A stretch of 64,000 nucleotides of DNA from Eledone cirrhosa (Eukaryota): contig OZ024743.1 in NCBI GenBank assembly GCA_964016885.1, positions 173,848,001 through 173,912,000 of the forward strand, written 5' to 3'. Shown here in pieces: positions 40,369 through 55,500 of this stretch. The notes under the pieces were generated by a model. That model saw only the letters and a list, made by a program, of their open reading frames with translations. It searched no databases and was not told where the DNA came from. Every line of letters begins with the position of its first letter. Position 1 is the stretch's first letter. The position numbers and the translations under genes were made by a program.

Positions 40369-40568
40369 NNNNNNNNNNNNNNNNNNNNNNNNNNNNNNNN
40401 NNNNNNNNNNNNNNNNNNNNNNNNNNNNNNNNNNNNNNNNNNNNNNNNNNNNNNNNNNNNNNNNNNNNNNNNNNNNNNNNNNNNNNNNNNNNNNNNNNNN
40501 NNNNNNNNNNNNNNNNNNNNNNNNNNNNNNNNNNNNNNNNNNNNNNNNNNNNNNNNNNNNNNNNNNNN
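40369..40568. other. Assembly gap (200 N placeholder)
   Basis: Exactly 200 N. Monomer phase across the gap would need about 9+59k bases (186 or 245), so 200 is probably a nominal size. Confidence 0.98.
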
Positions 40569-43500
40569 TGAACCCTCTCTTAGTTGTCCTCCTCCAATAC
40601 TACAGACACACACTCAGGGCTAGGGTATGAACCCTCTCTTAGTTGTCCTCCTCCAATACTACAGACACACACTCAGGGCTAGGGTATGAACCCTCTATTA
40701 GTTGTCCTCCTCCAATACTACAGACACACACTCAGGGCTAGGGTATGAACCCTCTCTTAGTTGTCCTCCTCCAATACTACAGACACACACTCAGGGCTAG
40801 GGTATGAACCCTCTCCTAGTTGTCCTCCTCCAATACTACAGACACACACTCAGGGCTAGGGTATGAACCCTCTCTTAGTTGTCCTCCTCCAATACTACAG
40901 ACACACACTCAGGGCTAGGGTATGAACCCTCTCTTAGTTGTCCTCCTCCAATACTACAGACACACACTCAGGGCTAGGGTATGAACCCTCTCCTAGTTGT
41001 CCTCCTCCAATACTACAGACACACACTCAGGGCTAGGGTATGAACCCTCTCTTAGTTGTCCTCCTCCAATACTACAGACACACACTCAGGGCTAGGGTAT
41101 GAACCCTCTCTTAGTTGTCCTCCTCCAATACTACAGACACACACTCAGGGCTAGGGTATTAACCCTCTCTTAGTTGTCCTCCTCCAATACTACAGACACA
41201 CACTCAGGGCTAGGGTATGAACCCTCTCTTAGTTGTCCTCCTCCAATACTACAGACACACACTCAGGGCTAGGGTATTAACCCTCTCTTAGTTGTCCTCC
41301 TCCAATACTACAGACACACACTCAGGGCTAGGGTATGAACCCTCTCTTAGTTGTCCTCCTCCAATACTACAGACACACACTCAGGGCTAGGGTATGAACC
41401 CTCTTTTAGTTGTCCTCCTCCAATACTACAGACACACACTCAGGGCTAGGGTATGAACCCTCTATTAGTTGTCCTTCTCCAATACTACAGACACACACTC
41501 AGGGCTAGAGTATTAACCCTCTCTTAGTTGTCCTCCTCCAATACTACAGACACACACTCAGGGCTAGGGTATGAACCCTCTCTTAGTTGTCCTCCTCCAA
41601 TACTACAGACACACACTCAGAGCTAGGGTATGAACCCTCTCTTAGTTGTCCTCCTCCAATACTACAGACACACACTCAGGGCTAGGGTATTAACCCTCTC
41701 TTAGTTGTCCTCCTCCAATACTACAGACACACACTCAGGGCTAGGGTATTAACCCTCTCTTAGTTGTCCTCCTCCAATACTAGACACACACTCAGGGCTA
41801 GGGTATGAACCCTCTTTTAGTTGTCCTCCTCCAATACTACAGACACACACTCAGGGCTAGGGTATGAACCCTCTCTTAGTTGTCCTCTTCCAATACTACA
41901 GACACACACTCAGGGCTAGGGTATTAACCCTCTCTTAGTTGTCCTCCTCCAATACTACAGACACACACTCAGGGCTAGGGTATGAACACTCTCTTAGTTG
42001 TCGTCCTCCAATACTAGACACACACTCAGGGCTAGGGTATGAACCCTCTCTTAGTTGTCCTCCTCCAATACTACAGACACACACTCAGGGCTAGGGTATG
42101 AACCCTCTCTTAGGTGTCCTCCTCCAATACTACAGACACACACTCAGGGCTAGGGTATGAACCCTCTTTTAGTTGTCCTCCTCCAATACTACAGACACAC
42201 ACTCAGGGCTAGGGTATTAACCCTCTCTTAGTTGTCCTCCTCCAATACTACAGACACACACTCAGGGCTAGGGTATTAACCCTCTCTTAGTTGTCCTCCT
42301 CCAATACTAGACACACACTCAGGGCTAGGGTATGAACCCTCTTTTAGTTGTCCTCCTCCAATACTACAGACACACACTCAGGGCTAGGGTATGAACCCTC
42401 TCTTAGTTGTCCTCTTCCAATACTACAGACACACACTCAGGGCTAGGGTATTAACCCTCTCTTAGTTGTCCTCCTCCAATACTACAGACACACACTCAGG
42501 GCTAGGGTATGAACCCTCTCTTAGTTGTCGTCCTCCAATACTAGACACACACTCAGGGCTAGGGTATGAACCCTCTCTTAGTTGTCCTCCTCCAATACTA
42601 CAGACACACACTCAGGGCTAGGGTATGAACCCTCTCTTAGGTGTCCTCCTCCAATACTACAGACACACACTCAGGGCTAGGGTATGAACCCTCTTTTAGT
42701 TGTCCTCCTCCAATACTACAGACACACACTCAGGGCTAGGGTATGAACCCTCTATTAGTTGTCCTTCTCCAATACTACAGACACACACTCAGGGCTAGAG
42801 TATTAACCCTCTCTTAGTTGTCCTCCTCCAATACTACAGACACACACTCAGGGCTAGGGTATGAACCCTCTCTTAGTTGTCCTCCTCCAATACTACAGAC
42901 ACACACTCATGGCTAGGGTATGAACCCTCTTTTAGTTGTCCTCCTCCAATACTACAGACACACACTCAGGGCTAGGGTATTAACCCTCTCTTAGTTGTCC
43001 TCTTCCAATACTAGACACACACTCAGGGCTAGGGTATGAACCCTCTTTTAGTTGTCCTGCTCCAATACTACAGACACACACTCAGGGCTAGGGTATGAAC
43101 CCTCTCTTAGTTGCCCTCCTCCAATACTACAGACACACACTCAGGGCTAGGGTATTAACCCTCTCTTAGTTGTCCTCCTCCAATACTACAGACACACACT
43201 CAGGGCTAGGGTATGAACCCTCTCTTAGTTGTCCTCCTCCAATACTACAGACACACACTCAGGGCTAGGGTATGAACCCTCTCTTAGTTGTCCTCCTCCA
43301 ATACTACAAACACACACTCAGGGCTAGGGTATTAACCCTCTCTTAGTTGTCCTCCTCCAATACTACAGACACACACTCAGGGCTAGGGTATGAACCCTCT
43401 CTTAGTTGTCCTCCTCCAATACTACAGACACACACTCAGGGCTAGGGTATGAACCCTCTCTTAGTTGTCCTCCTCCAATACTACAGACACACACTCAGGG

Positions 43501-46500
43501 CTAGGGTATGAACCCTCTCTTAGTTGTCCTCCTCCAATACTACAGACACACACTCAGGGCTAGGGTATTAACCCTCTCTTAGTTGTCCTCCTCCAATACT
43601 ACAGACACACACTCAGGGCTAGGGTATTAACCCTCTCTTAGTTGTCCTCCTCCAATACTAGACACACACTCAGGGCTAGGGTATGAACCCTCTTTTAGTT
43701 GTCCTCCTCCAATACTACAGACACACACTCAGGGCTAGGGTATGAACACTCCCTTAGTTGTCCTCCTCCAATACTACAGACACACACTCAGGGCTAGGGT
43801 ATGAACCCTCTCTTAGTTGTCGTCCTCCAATACTAGACACACACTCAGGGCTAGGGTATGAACCCTCTCTTAGTTGTCCTCCTCCAATACTACAGACACA
43901 CACTCAGGGCTAGGGTATGAACCCTCTCTTAGGTGTCCTCCTCCAATACTACAGACACACACTCAGAGCTAGGGTATGAACCCTCTCTTAGTTGTCCTCC
44001 TCCAATACTAGACACACACTCAGGGCTAGGGTATGTACCCGCTCTTAGTTGTCATCCTCCAATACTAGACACACATCAGGGGTAGGGTATGTACCCTCTC
44101 TTAGTTGTCTTCCTCCAATACTACAGACACACACTCAGGGCTAGGGTATGTACCCTCTCCTAGATGTCCTCCTCCAATACTACAGACACACACTCAGGGC
44201 TAGGGTATGAACCCTCTCTTAGTTGTCCTCCTCCAATACTACAGACACACACTCAGGGCTAGGGTATGAACCCTCTCTTAGTTGTCCTCCTCCAATACTA
44301 CAGACACACACTCAGGGCTAGGGTATGTACCCTCTCCCAGTTGTTCTCCTCCAATACTACAGACACACACTCAGGGCTAGGGTATGAACCCTCTCTTAGT
44401 TGTCCTCCTCCAATACTACAGACACACACTCAGGGCTAGGGTATGAACCCTCTCCTAGTTGTCCTCCTCCAATACTACAGACACACACTCAGGGCTAGGG
44501 TATGAACCCTCTCTTAGTTGTCCTCCTCCAATACTACAGACACACACTCAGGGCTAGGGTATGAACCCTCTCTTAGTTGTCCTCCTCCAATACTACAGAC
44601 ACACACTCAGGGCTAGGGTATGAACCCTCTCCTAGTTGTCCTCCTCCAATACTACAGACACACACTCAGTGCTAGGGTATGAACCCTCTCTTAGTTGTCC
44701 TCCTCCAATACTACAGACACACACTCAGGGCTAGGGTATTAACCCTCTCTTAGTTGTCCTCCTCCAATACTACAGACACACACTCAGGGCTAGGGTATTA
44801 ACCCTCTCTTAGTTGTCCTCCTCCAATACTAGACACACACTCAGGGCTAGGGTATGAACCCTCTTTTAGTTGTCCTCCTCCAATACTACAGACACACACT
44901 CAGGGCAAGGGTATGAACCCTCTCTTAATTGTCCTCCTCCAATACTACAGACACACACTCAGGGCTAGGGTATGTACCCTCTCCTAGTTGTCCTCCTCCA
45001 ATACTACAGACACACACTCAGGGCTAGGGTATGAACCCTCTCTTAGTTGTCCTCCAATACTACAGACACACACTCAGGGCTAGGGTATGAACCCTCTCTT
45101 ATTTGTCGTCCTCCACTACTAGACACACACTCAGGGCTAGGGTATGAACCCTCTCTTAGTTGTCCTCCTCCAATACTACAGACACACACTCAGGGCTAGG
45201 GTATGAACCCTCTCTTAGTTGTCCTCCTCCAATACTACAGACACACACTCAGAGCTAGGGTATGAACCCTCTCTTAGTTGTCCTCCTCCAATACTACAGA
45301 CACACACTCAGGGCTAGGGTATGAACCCTCTCTTAGGTGTCCTCCTCCAATACTAAACACACACTCAGGGCTAGGGTATGTACCCTCTCTTAGTTGTCAT
45401 CCTCCAATACTAGACACACACTCAGGGCTAGGGTATGTACCCTCTCTTAGTTGTCTTCCTCCAATACTACAGACACACACTCAGGGCTAGGGTATGTACC
45501 CTCTCCTAGATGTCCTCCTCCAATACTACAGACACACACTCAGGGCTAGGGTATGAACCCTCTCTTAGTTGTCCTCCTCCAATACTACAGACACACACTC
45601 AGGGCTAGGGTATGAACCCTCTCTTAGTTGTCCTCCTCCAATACTACAGACACACACTCAGGGCTAGGGTATGAACCCTCTATTAGTTGTCCTCCTCCAA
45701 TACTACAGACACACACTCAGGGCTAGGGTATGAACCCTCTCTTAGTTGTCCTCCTCCAATACTACAGACACACACTCAGGGCTAGGGTATGAACCCTCTC
45801 CTAGTTGTCCTCCTCCAATACTACAGACACACACTCAGGGCTAGGGTATGAACCCTCTCTTAGTTGTCCTCCTCCAATACTACAGACACACACTCAGGGC
45901 TAGGGTATGAACCCTCTCTTACTTGTCCTCCTCCAATACTACAGACACACACTCAGGGCTAGGGTATGAACCCTCTCCTAGTTGTCCTCCTCCAATACTA
46001 CAGACACACACTCAGGGCTAGGGTATGAACCCTCTCTTAGTTGTCCTCCTCCAATACTACAGACACACACTCAGGGCTAGGGTATGAACCCTCTCTTAGT
46101 TGTCCTCCTCCAATACTACAGACACACACTCAGGGCTAGGGTATTAACCCTCTCTTAGTTGTCCTCCTCCAATACTACAGACACACACTCAGGGCTAGGG
46201 TATGAACCCTCTCTTAGTTGTCCTCCTCCAATACTACAGACACACACTCAGGGCTAGGGTATTAACCCTCTCTTAGTTGTCCTCCTCCAATACTACAGAC
46301 ACACACTCAGGGCTAGGGTATGAACCCTCTCTTAGTTGTCCTCCTCCAATACTACAGACACACACTCAGGGCTAGGGTATGAACCCTCTTTTAGTTGTCC
46401 TCCTCCAATACTACAGACACACACTCAGGGCTAGGGTATGAACCCTCTATTAGTTGTCCTTCTCCAATACTACAGACACACACTCAGGGCTAGAGTATGA

Positions 46501-49500
46501 ACCCTCTCTTAGTTGTCCTCCTCCAATACTACAGACACACACTCAGGGCTAGGGTATGAACCCTCTCTTAGTTGTCCTCCTCCAATACTAGACACACACT
46601 CAGGGCTAGGGTATGAACCCTCTTTTAGTTGTCCTCCTCCAATACTACAGACACACACTCAGGGCTAGGGTATGAACCCTCTCTTAGTTGCCCTCCTCCA
46701 ATACTACAGACACACACTCAGGGCTAGGGTATTAACCCTCTCTTAGTTGTCCTCCTCCAATACTACAGACACACACTCAGGGCTAGGGTATGAACCCTCT
46801 CTTAGTTGTCCTCCTCCAATACTACAGACACACACTCAGGGCTAGGGTATGAACCCTCTCTTAGTTGTCCTCCTCCAATACTACAGACACACACTCAGGG
46901 CTAGGGTATTAACCCTCTCTTAGTTGTCCTCCTCCAATACTACAGACACACACTCAGGGCTAGGGTATTAACCCTCTCTTAGTTGTCCTCCTCCAATACT
47001 AGACACACACTCAGGGCTAGGGTATGAACCCTCTCTTAGTTGTCGTCCTCCAATACTAGACACACACTCAGGGCTAGGGTATGAACCCTCTCTTAGGTGT
47101 CCTCCTCCAATACTACAGACACACACTCAGGGCTAGGGTATGAACCCTCTTTTAGTTGTCCTCCTCCAATACTACAGACACACACTCAGGGCTAGGGTAT
47201 GAACCCTCTATTAGTTGTCCTTCTCCAATACTACAGACACACACTCAGGGCTAGAGTATTAACCCTCTCTTAGTTGTCCTCCTCCAATACTACAGACACA
47301 CACTCAGGGCTAGGGTATGAACCCTCTCTTAGTTGTCCTCCTCCAATACTACAGACACACACTCAGGGCTAGGGTATGAACCCTCTCTTAGTTGTCCTCC
47401 TCCAATACTACAGACACACACTCAGGGCTAGGGTATTAACCCTCTCTTAGTTGTCCTCCTCCAATACTACAGACACACACTCAGGGCTAGGGTATTAACC
47501 CTCTCTTAGTTGTCCTCCTCCAATACTAGACACACACTCAGGGCTAGGGTATGAACCCTCTTTTAGTTGTCCTCCTCCAATACTACAGACACACACTCAG
47601 GGCTAGGGTATGAACCCTCTCTTAGTTGTCCTCCTCCAATACTACAGACACACACTCAGGGCTAGGGTATTAACCCTCTCTTAGTTGTCCTCCTCCAATA
47701 CTAGACACACACTCAGGGCTAGGGTATGAACCCTCTTTTAGTTGTCCTCCTCCAATACTACAGACACACACTCAGGGCTAGGGTATGAACCCTCTCTTAG
47801 TTTCCCTCCTCCAATACTACAGACACACACTCAGGGCTAGGGTATTAACCCTCTCTTAGTTGTCCTCCTCCAATACTACAGACACACACTCAGGGCTAGG
47901 GTATGAACCCTCTCTTAGTTGTCCTCCTCCAATACTACAGACACACACTCAGGGCTAGGGTATGAACCCTCTCTTAGTTGTCCTCCTCCAATACTACAGA
48001 CACACACTCAGGGCTAGGGTATTAACCCTCTCTTAGTTGTCCTCCTCCAATACTACAGACACACACTCAGGGCTAGGGTATTAACCCTCTCTTAGTTGTC
48101 CTCCTCCAATACTAGACACACACTCAGGGCTAGGGTATGAACCCTCTTTTAGTTGTCCTCCTCCAATACTACAGACACACACTCAGGGCTAGGGTATGAA
48201 CCCTCTCTTAGTTGTCCTCCTCCAATACTACAGACACACACTCAGGGCTAGGGTATGAACCCTCTCTTAGTTGTCGTCCTCCAATACTAGACACACACTC
48301 AGGGCTAGGGTATGAACCCTCTCTTAGTTGTCCTCCTCCAATACTACAGACACACACTCAGGGCTAGGGTATGAACCCTCTCTTAGGTGTCCTCCTCCAA
48401 TACTACAGACACACACTCAGGGCTAGGGTATGAACCCTCTTTTAGTTGTCCTCCTCCAATACTACAGACACACACTCAGGGCTAGGGTATGAACCCTCTA
48501 TTAGTTGTCTTTCTCCAATACTACAGACACACACTCAGGGCTAGAGTATTAACCCTCTCTTAGTTGTCCTCCTCCAATACTACAGACACACACTCAGGGC
48601 TAGGGTATGAACCCTCTCTTAGTTGTCCTCCTCCAATACTACAGACACACACTCAGGGCTAGGGTATGAACCCTCTCTTAGTTGTCTTCCTCCAATACTA
48701 CAGACACACACTCAGCGCTAGGGTATTAACCCTCTCTTAGTTGTCCTCCTCCAATACTACAGACACACACTCAGGGCTAGGGTATGAACCCTCTCTTAGT
48801 CGTCCTCCTCCAATACTACAGACACACACTCAGGGCTAGGGTATGAACCCTCTTTTAGTTGTCCTCCTCCAATACTACAGACACACACTCAGGGCTAGGG
48901 TATTAACCCTCTCTTAGTTGTCCTCTTCCAATACTAGACACACACTCAGGGCTAGGGTATGAACCCTCTTTTAGTTGTCCTGCTCCAATACTACAGACAC
49001 ACACTCAGGGCTAGGGTATGAACCCTCTCTTAGTTGCCCTCCTCCAATACTACAGACACACACTCAGGGCTAGGGTATTAACCCTCTCTTAGTTGTCCTC
49101 CTCCAATACTACAGACACACACTCAGGGCTAGGGTATGAACCCTCTCTTAGTTGTCCTCCTCCAATACTACAGACACACACTCAGGGCTAGGGTATGAAC
49201 CCTCTCTTAGTTGTCCTCCTCCAATACTACAGACACACACTCAGGGCTAGGGTATTAACCCTCTCTTAGTTGTCCTCCTCCAATACTACAGACACACACT
49301 CAGGGCTAGGGTATTAACCCTCTCTTAGTTGTCCTCCTCCAATACTAGACACACACTCAGGGCTAGGGTATGAACCCTCTTTTAGTTGTCCTCCTCCAAT
49401 ACTACAGACACACACTCAGGGCTAGGGTATGAACACTCTCTTAGTTGTCCTCCTCCAATACTACAGACACACACTCAGGGCTAGGGTATGAACCCTCTCT

Positions 49501-52500
49501 TAGTTGTCGTCCTCCAATACTAGACACACACTCAGGGCTAGGGTATGAACCCTCTCTTAGTTGTCCTCCTCCAATACTACAGACACACACTCAGGGCTAG
49601 GGTATGAACCCTCTCTTAGGTGTCCTCCTCCAATACTACAGACACACACTCAGAGCTAGGGTATGAACCCTCTCTTAGTTGTCCTCCTCCAATACTACAG
49701 ACACACACTCAGGGCTAGGGTATGAACCCTCTCTTAGGTGTCCTCCTCCAATACTAGACACACACTCAGGGCTAGGGTATGTACCCTCTCTTAGTTGTCA
49801 TCCTCCAATACTAGACACACATCAGGGGTAGGGTATGTACCCTCTCTTAGTTGTCTTCCTCCAATACTACAGACACACACTCAGGGCTAGGGTATGTACC
49901 CTCTCCTAGATGTCCTCCTCCAATACTACAGACACATACTCAGGGCTAGGGTATGAACCCTCTCTTAGTTGTCCTCCTCCAATACTACAGACACACACTC
50001 AGGGCTAGGGTATGTACCCTCTCCCAGTTGTTCTCCTCCAATACTACAGACACACACTCAGGGCTAGGGTATGAACCCTCTCTTAGTTGTCCTCCTCCAA
50101 TACTACAGACACACACTCAGGGCTAGGGTATGAACCCTCTCCTAGTTGTCCTCCTCCAATACTACAGACACACACTCAGGGCTAGGGTATGAACCCTCTC
50201 TTAGTTGTCCTCCTCCAATACTACAGACACACACTCAGGGCTAGGGTATGAACCCTCTCCTAGTTGTCCTCCTCCAATACTACAGACACACACTCAGGGC
50301 TAGGGTATGAACCCTCTCTTAGTTGTCCTCCTCCAATACTACAGACACACACTCAGGGCTAGGGTATGAACCCTCTCCTAGTTGTCCTCCTCCAATACTA
50401 CAGACACACACTCAGGGCTAGGGTATGAACCCTCTCTTAGTTGTCCTCCTCCAATACTACAGACACACACTCAGGGCTAGGGTATTAACCCTCTCTTAGT
50501 TGTCCTCCTCCAATACTACAGACACACACTCAGGGCTAGGGTATGAACCCTCTCTTAGTTGTCCTCCTCCAATACTACAGACACACACTCAGGGCTAGGG
50601 TATTAACCCTCTCTTAGTTGTCCTCCTCCAATACTACAGACAGACACTCAGGGCTAGGGTATTAACCCTCTCTTAGTTGTCCTCCTCCAATACTAGACAC
50701 ACACTCAGGGCTAGGGTATGAACCCTCTTGTAGTTGTCCTCCTCCAATACTACAGACACACACTCAGGGCTAGGGTATGAACCCTCTCTTAGTTGTCCTC
50801 CTCCAATACTACAGACACACACTCAGGGCTAGGGTATTAACCCTCTCTTAGTTGTCCTCCTCCAATACTACAGACACACACTCAGGGCTAGGGTATGAAC
50901 CCTCTCTTAGTTGTCCTCCTCCAATACTACAGACACACACTCAGGGCTAGGGTATGAACCCTCTCTTAGTTGTCCTCCTCCAATACTACAGACACACACT
51001 CAGGGCTAGGGTATTAACCCTCTCTTAGTTGTCCTCCTCCAATACTACAGACACACACTCAGGGCTAAGGTATTAACCCTCTCTTAGTTGCCCTCCTCCA
51101 ATACTAGACACACACTCAGGGCTAGGGTATGAACCCTCTCTTAGTTGTCCTCCTCCAATACTACAGACACACACTCAGGGCTAGGGTATTAACCCTCTCT
51201 TAGTTGTCCTCCTCCAATACTACAGACACACACTCAGGGCTAGGGTATGAACCCTCTCTTAGTTGTCCTCCTCCAATACTACAGACACACACTCAGGGCT
51301 AGGGTATTAACCCTCTCTTAGTTGTCCTCCTCCAATACTACAGACACACACTCAGGGCTAGGGTATGAACCCTCTCTTAGTTGTCCTCCTCCAATACTAC
51401 AGACACACACTCAGGGCTAGGGTATGAACCCTCTCTTAGGTGTCCTCCTCCAATACTACAGACACACACTCAGAGCTAGGGTATGAACCCTCTCTTAGTT
51501 GTCCTCCTCCAATACTACAGACACACACTCAGGGCTAGGGTATTAACCATCTCTTAGTTGTCCTCCTCCAATACTACAGATACACACTCAGGGCTAGGGT
51601 ATGAACCCTCTCCTAGTTGTCCTCCTCCAATACTAGACACACACTCAGGGCTAGGGTATGAACCCTCTCTTAGTTGTCCTCCTCCAATACTACAGACACA
51701 CACTCAGGGCTAGGGTATGAACCCTCTCTTAGTTGTCCTCCTCCAATACTACAGACACACACTCAGGGCTAGGGTATTAACCCTCTCTTAGTTGTCCTCC
51801 TCCAATACTACAGACACACACTCAGGGCTAGGGTATTAACCCTCTCTTAGTTGTCCTCCTCCAATACTAGACACACACTCAGGGCTAGGGTATAAACCCT
51901 CTTTTAGTTGTCCTCCTCCAATACTACAGACACACACTCAGAGCTAGGGTATGAACCCTCTCTTAGTTGTCCTCCTCCAATACTACAGACACACACTCAG
52001 GGCTAGGGTATGAACCCTCTCTTAGGTGTCCTCCTCCAATACTAGACACACACTCAGGGCTAGGGTATGTACCCTCTCTTAGTTGTCATCCTCCAATACT
52101 AGACACACACTCAGGGCTAGGGTATGTACCCTCTCTTAGTTGTCTTCCTCCAATACTACAGACACACACTCAGGGCTAGGGTATGTACCCTCTCCTAGAT
52201 GTCCTCCTCCAATACTACAGACACACACTCAGGGCTAGGGTATGAACCCTCTCTTAGTTGTCCTCCTCCAATACTACAGACACACACTCAGGGCTAGGGT
52301 ATGAACCCTCTATTACTTGTCCTCCTCCAATACTACAGACACACACTCAGGGCTAGGGTATGGACCCTCTCCCAGTTGTTCTCCTCCAATACTACAGACA
52401 CACACTCAGGGCTAGGGTATGAACCCTCTCTTAGTTGTCCTCCTCCAATACTACAGACACACACTCAGGGCTAGGGTATGAACCCTCTCCTAGTTGTCCT

Positions 52501-55500
52501 CCTCCAATACTACAGACACACACTCAGGGCTAGGGTATGAACCCTCTCTTAGTTGTCCTCCTCCAATACTACAGACACACACTCAGGGCTAGGGTATGAA
52601 CCCTCTCTTAGTTGTCCTCCTCCAATACTACAGACACACACTCAGGGCTAGGGTATGAACCCTCTCCTAGTTGTCCTCCTCCAATACTACAGACACACAC
52701 TCAGGGCTAGGGTATGAACCCTCTCTTAGTTGTCCTCCTCCAATACTACAGACACACACTCAGGGCTAGGGTATTAACCCTCTCTTTGTTGTCCTCCTCC
52801 AATACTACAGACACACACTCAGGGCTAGGGTATGAACCCTCTCTTAGTTGTCCTCCTCCAATACTACAGACACACACTCAGGGCTAGGGTATTAACCCTC
52901 TCTTAGTTGTCCTCCTCCAATACTACAGACACACACTCAGGGCTAGGGTATGAACCCTCTCTTAGTTGTCCTCCTCCAATACTACAGACACACACTCAGG
53001 GCTAGGGTATTAACCCTCTCTTAGTTGTCCTCCTCCAATACTACAGACACACACTCAGGGCTAGGGTATGAACCCTCTTTTAGTTGTCCTCCTCCAATAC
53101 TATAGACACACACTCAGGGCTAGGGTATTAACCCTCTCTTAGTTGTCCTCCTCCAATACTACAGACACACACTCAGGGCTAGGGTATTAACCCTCTCTCA
53201 GTTGTCCTCCTCCAATACTACAGACACACACTCAGGGCTAGGGTATGAACCCTCTTTTAGTTGTCCTCCTCCAATACTACAGACACACACTCAGGGCTAG
53301 GGTATTAACCCTCTCTTAGTTGTCGTCCTCCAATACTACAGACACACACTCAGGGCTAGGGTATGAACCCTCTATTAGTTGTCCTTCTCCAATACTACAG
53401 ACACACACTCAGGGCTAGAGTATTAACCCTCTCTTAGTTGTCCTCCTCCAATACTACAGACACACACTCAGGGCTAGGGTATGAACCCTCTATTAGTTGT
53501 CCTTCTCCAATACTACAGACACACACTCAGGGCTAGAGTATTAACCCTCTCTTAGTTGTCCTCCTCCAATACTACAGACACACACTCAGGGCTAGGGTAT
53601 GAACCCTCTCTTAGTTGTCCTCCTCCAATACTACAGACACACACTCAGGGCTAGGGTATGAACCCTCTCTTAGTTGTCCTCCTCCAATACTACAGACACA
53701 CACTCAGGGCTAGGGTATTAACCCTCTCTTAGTTGTCCTCCTCCAATACTACAGACACACACTCAGGGCTAGGGTATTAACCCTCTCTTAGTTGTCCTCC
53801 TCCAATACTAGACACACACTCAGGGCTAGGGTATGAACCCTCTTTTAGTTGTCCTCCTCCAATACTACAGACACACACTCAGGGCTAGGGTATGAACCCT
53901 CTCTTAGTTGTCCTCCTCCAATACTACAGACACACACTCAGGGCTAGGGTATTAACCCTCTCTTAGTTGTCCTCCTCCAATACTACAGACACACACTCAG
54001 GGCTAGGGTATGAACCCTCTCTTAGTCGTCCTTCTCCAATACTACAGACACACACTCAGGGCTAGGGTATGAACCCTCTCTTAGTTGTCCTCCTCCAATA
54101 CTACAGACACACACTCAGGGCTAGGGTATGAACCCTCTTTTAGTTGTCCTCCTCCAATACTACAGACACACACTCAGGGCTAGGGTATTAACCCTCTCTT
54201 AGTTGTCCTCCTCCAATACTAGACACACACTCAGGGCTAGGGTATGAACCCTCTTTTAGTTGTCCTCTTCCCATACTACAGACACACACTCAGGGCTAGG
54301 GTATGAACCCTCTCTTAGTTGCCCTCCTCCAATACTACAGACACACACTCAGGGCTAGGGTATTAACCCTCTCTTAGTTGTCCTCCTCCAATACTACAGA
54401 CACACACTCAGGGCTAGGGTATGAACCCTCTCTTAGTTGTCCTCCTCCAATACTACAGACACACACTCAGGGCTAGGGTATGAACCCTCTCTTAGTTGTC
54501 CTCCTCCAATACTACAGACACACACTCAGGGCTAGGGTATTAACCCTCTCTTAGTTGTCCTCCTCCAATACTACAGACACACACTCAGGGCTAGGGTATT
54601 ATCCCTCTCTTAGTTGTCCTCCTCCAATACTAGACACACACTCAGGGCTAGGGTATGAACCCTCTTTTAGTTGTCCTCCTCCAATACTACAGACACACAC
54701 TCAGGGCTAGGGTATGAACCCTCTCTTAGTTGTCCTCCTCCAATACTACAGACACACACTCAGGGCTAGGGTATGAACCCTCTCTTAGTTGTCGTCCTCC
54801 AATACTAGACACACACTCAGGGCTAGGGTATGAACCCTCTCTTAGTTGTCCTCCTCCAATACTACAGACACACACTCAGGGCTAGGGTATGAACCCTCTC
54901 TTAGGTGTCCTCCTCCAATACTACAGACACACACTCAGGGCTAGGGTATGAACCCTCTCTTAGTTGTCCTTCTCCAATACTACAGACACACACTCAGGGC
55001 TAGAGTATTAACCCTCTCTTAGTTGTCCTCCTCCAATACTACAGACACACACTCAGGGCTAGGGTATGAACCCTCTTTTAGTTGTCCTCCTCCAATACTA
55101 CAGACACACACTCAGGGCTAGGGTATGAACCCTCTATTAGTTGTCCTTCTCCAATACTACAGACACACACTCAGGGCTAGAGTATTAACCCTCTCTTAGT
55201 TGTCCTCCTCCAATACTACAGACACACACTCAGGGCTAGGGTATGAACCCTCTCTTAGTTGTCCTCCTCCAATACTACAGGCACACACTCAGGGCTAGGG
55301 TATGAACCCTCTCTTAGTTGTCCTCCTCCAATACTACAGACACACACTCAGGGCTAGGGTATTAACCCTCTCTTAGTTGTCCTCCTCCAATACTACAGAC
55401 ACACACTCAGGGCTAGGGTATGAACCCTCTCTTAGTCGTCCTCCTCCAATACTACAGACACACACTCAGGGCTAGGGTATGAACCCTCTTTTAGTTGTCC

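Noticed and set aside
40275-40630. Four ORFs spanning the N run
   Set aside because: Artefacts of translating N.
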